64,000 nt of DNA from Amoebidium appalachense (taxonomy: Eukaryota; Protista; Ichthyosporea), in contig CAVNZM010000016.1 in NCBI GenBank assembly GCA_963693365.1, positions 2,405,984 through 2,469,983 on the forward strand. The letters run 5' to 3'. Numbering within the stretch: the stretch's first letter is position 1; each line of letters opens with the position of its first letter. Shown here one piece after another: positions 61,258 to 64,000 of this stretch. Both the position numbers and the translations under genes were made by a program. The notes under the pieces were generated by a model, which saw only the letters and a list, made by a program, of their open reading frames with translations, ran no database searches and was not told the origin of the DNA.

Positions 61258-62165
61258 GTTTCATTCTTGGTGGCTGTGTCCCGTTTTGTCGTTCTCTTTC
61301 ACGCCATCGGCGTGATCGCCGTTACACACTTTTAGTAACTGAGAATGAGAAACGAAAGGGAAAGAAGGCAGACCGTGGAGATGGCGGATCTGTACTACTA
61401 GATGATGTTATGTTTCCGCTGGATTCGTTGTAGTCTCAGTAGAAACACGCCGCTAGTGCTGCTGCCATGTCATTTTGTGTTAATGGGTATGTAAAAACAG
61501 GATGCAGACACAAATAGCTAATGAATATTCGGGGAACTACTCGCCGCTTGGCAAACTGAGAATAATAGTTCAGAGCATCATCACACAGGATCTTGCATGC
61601 ACTGTCTTTGCGATGTAGCGTGAAGCTACACAAGAGGACCCTACCCAGCAGTTATACCTTTATAAGTAAACAAGAGTGTGCTCATCTCTGACTGGAAAGT
61701 GTCTTTTCCTAGTCGAACTCCTGGTTACAAGTGCGCATGTTCCAGGTTTCAAGCGCTGGGGTTTCGACGTCGTGCAAACACAAACACGTGCACGGGTGCT
61801 TCAAAAAATGGCTTGAAGGCGCGGGCTAAGCTCTTGCAGGGCAGCCTACTCACATCCTTAAAACTTCTGTAATTTCAATCGTATCGCGCGATCTATCGAC
61901 TCAAGTGCATCCAGATCGGATCCAATTATGATCTACGACTACGGCTATGTTCATGTATGCATGGGGGAAACTACGTATTCTTTCTTAGAGTAAGCCGATA
62001 TTAGGCGGGGACAGCATAATTGTAAGTAGGTATGTACAGTCTGCTTTTAACAAGATTGGCTATATAAGTCGCACACACAGGGACATACCCACATACCCAG
62101 CCACCCACCCGTGCCCACGCCCCCACAAACGCGCACACGTGCACGCACACACACGTGCACGCGCG

Positions 62166-62225
<60 letters not shown>

Positions 62226-63378
62226 CACACACCATTCAGACGCTGGTTCAGTGTCACACGCGCACAGAGATTCGCGTTTTGAACAAACGAGTATTTTATG
62301 TGCAAGAGTCGACCTCACATAAAAACGGACGCACAAAGCTGCCGTAAAAACGACGCTGTGTGCAGCCCCTTTATTTACCCATTGATATGTTAACCGTCTA
62401 TACGGTATTCATTCACTAATATCAAGCAAGCAATCAGTCTCAGTTGCTAATATTTTGCGGTAAATTTCGCGACCTTTACCACTCCCATACAAGTCATAAC
62501 ACAGCCATGCAAGCGAATATTCCGTCTTCGCGCATACCAAAATTTGATATTTTGATTTTATAACACGCACAAAGTCAAATGGTGTACATTTCATTAATCA
62601 CACATGCCCAAGGCACATCCGCAACCAATCTTATCCACTATGTAAATTACAACCCATATATCTACTTTGTATATCAACAACACACACACCTATGTAAATT
62701 ACATCCCATCTGATCTCATATCCAAGTGTAAATCCAAGTTAATGTATGTAGCAGTATCGTAATTTGAATCACGCAGCACGAAATTGCTATATTTTCAGAC
62801 GCCTTTTTCGATTTGGCACTCTGTAGCAACGGTCAAAAGTCGAAACCAAATAAAATATATAATTAACGATATCAAAACAAAGGAAGACAAACAAGTTAAA
62901 TGAAAACCCCCCCCCCCCCCCCCCCCCCCCCCCAAAACCAGCTCCACCCTCCTCTCTTCAAAAATTAGCGCCAAACGCCAAAGAAGGCAGTTTACCATTG
63001 CTAAGTTCACGCGGATCGCTCCTGCCGAATCACAAATCGGAAAGGAATCCCAAAAACCCTCAAAGGGCGCAAAAAAAATAGCCAAAAAGCCATTCCGATA
63101 CCTTCGCAGGGACATACACGACTTAGCGTTTAGCAATTACCTACTCTCCGCCCACCTTCGATACACAAATGTTCGCGTACGTACACTATTCAGAGAAGGT
63201 GAAAGGCTTCAGATCGCGAATGGGAAAGCAAACGATGCACCAAACAGAAAAGGAACCAGAAAAACGGATGTAAATAGGCGAGGGGGAGGGGGGAGGGAAA
63301 GGGGGAAGAGAGAGGTGAGAGGGAGAGGGAGCTTAGGGTACACGGACAAAAGGGGGAGCGGCGGGATAAAGAATTGAT

Positions 63379-63739
<361 letters not shown>

Positions 63740-64000
63740 CTATGTACATGTTTGTGTGTGTCTGCTTGCGAGGAGAGGGAAAAAGATGAAAAGGAGCCCC
63801 AAAAAAGGGAAAAAAAAGAAAAGAAAAGAAAAAAAATCACAACCACCACACACAACCACCCGCGCACACGCCCTCATTCACACGCACACACACACACAAG
63901 TCACCCACACTCACACACGAAAAGGGAAAAAAGGGGGAAGCAAAAAAAAAAAAAAACCAAAAAAAATATAATAAAAAAAAAATAAAAAAATGGCGAGTCT

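Overview
Eukaryotic, intron-rich genomic DNA. The introns and intergenic spacers are packed with poly-C/poly-G, (CA)n/(TG)n and (CT)n tracts, so most entries in the ORF track are microsatellite artefacts. I spliced the genes by hand and all intron phases are consistent. Left to right: an 18-exon WD40+TPR gene of the WDTC1/DCAF type (minus, 3' end not found); an orphan membrane-protein gene with an apparent +1 frameshift; RNase P subunit RPP21 with a long repetitive tail; a complete 22-exon, 764-aa HAP2/GCS1 gamete fusogen (minus); a decayed tandem array of paralogous segments, one interrupted by a 5'-truncated LINE with an intact RT ORF; an intronless NXPE/PC-esterase-like gene; a 2-exon Methyltransf_32-type gene; and the probable 3' end of another gene. 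The most unusual signal is two unrelated minisatellites inside HAP2 introns, both built from perfect CArG boxes (CC[A/T]6GG, the SRF/Mcm1 MADS-box site). A unicellular holozoan-like protist is a plausible source, but that is inference only.
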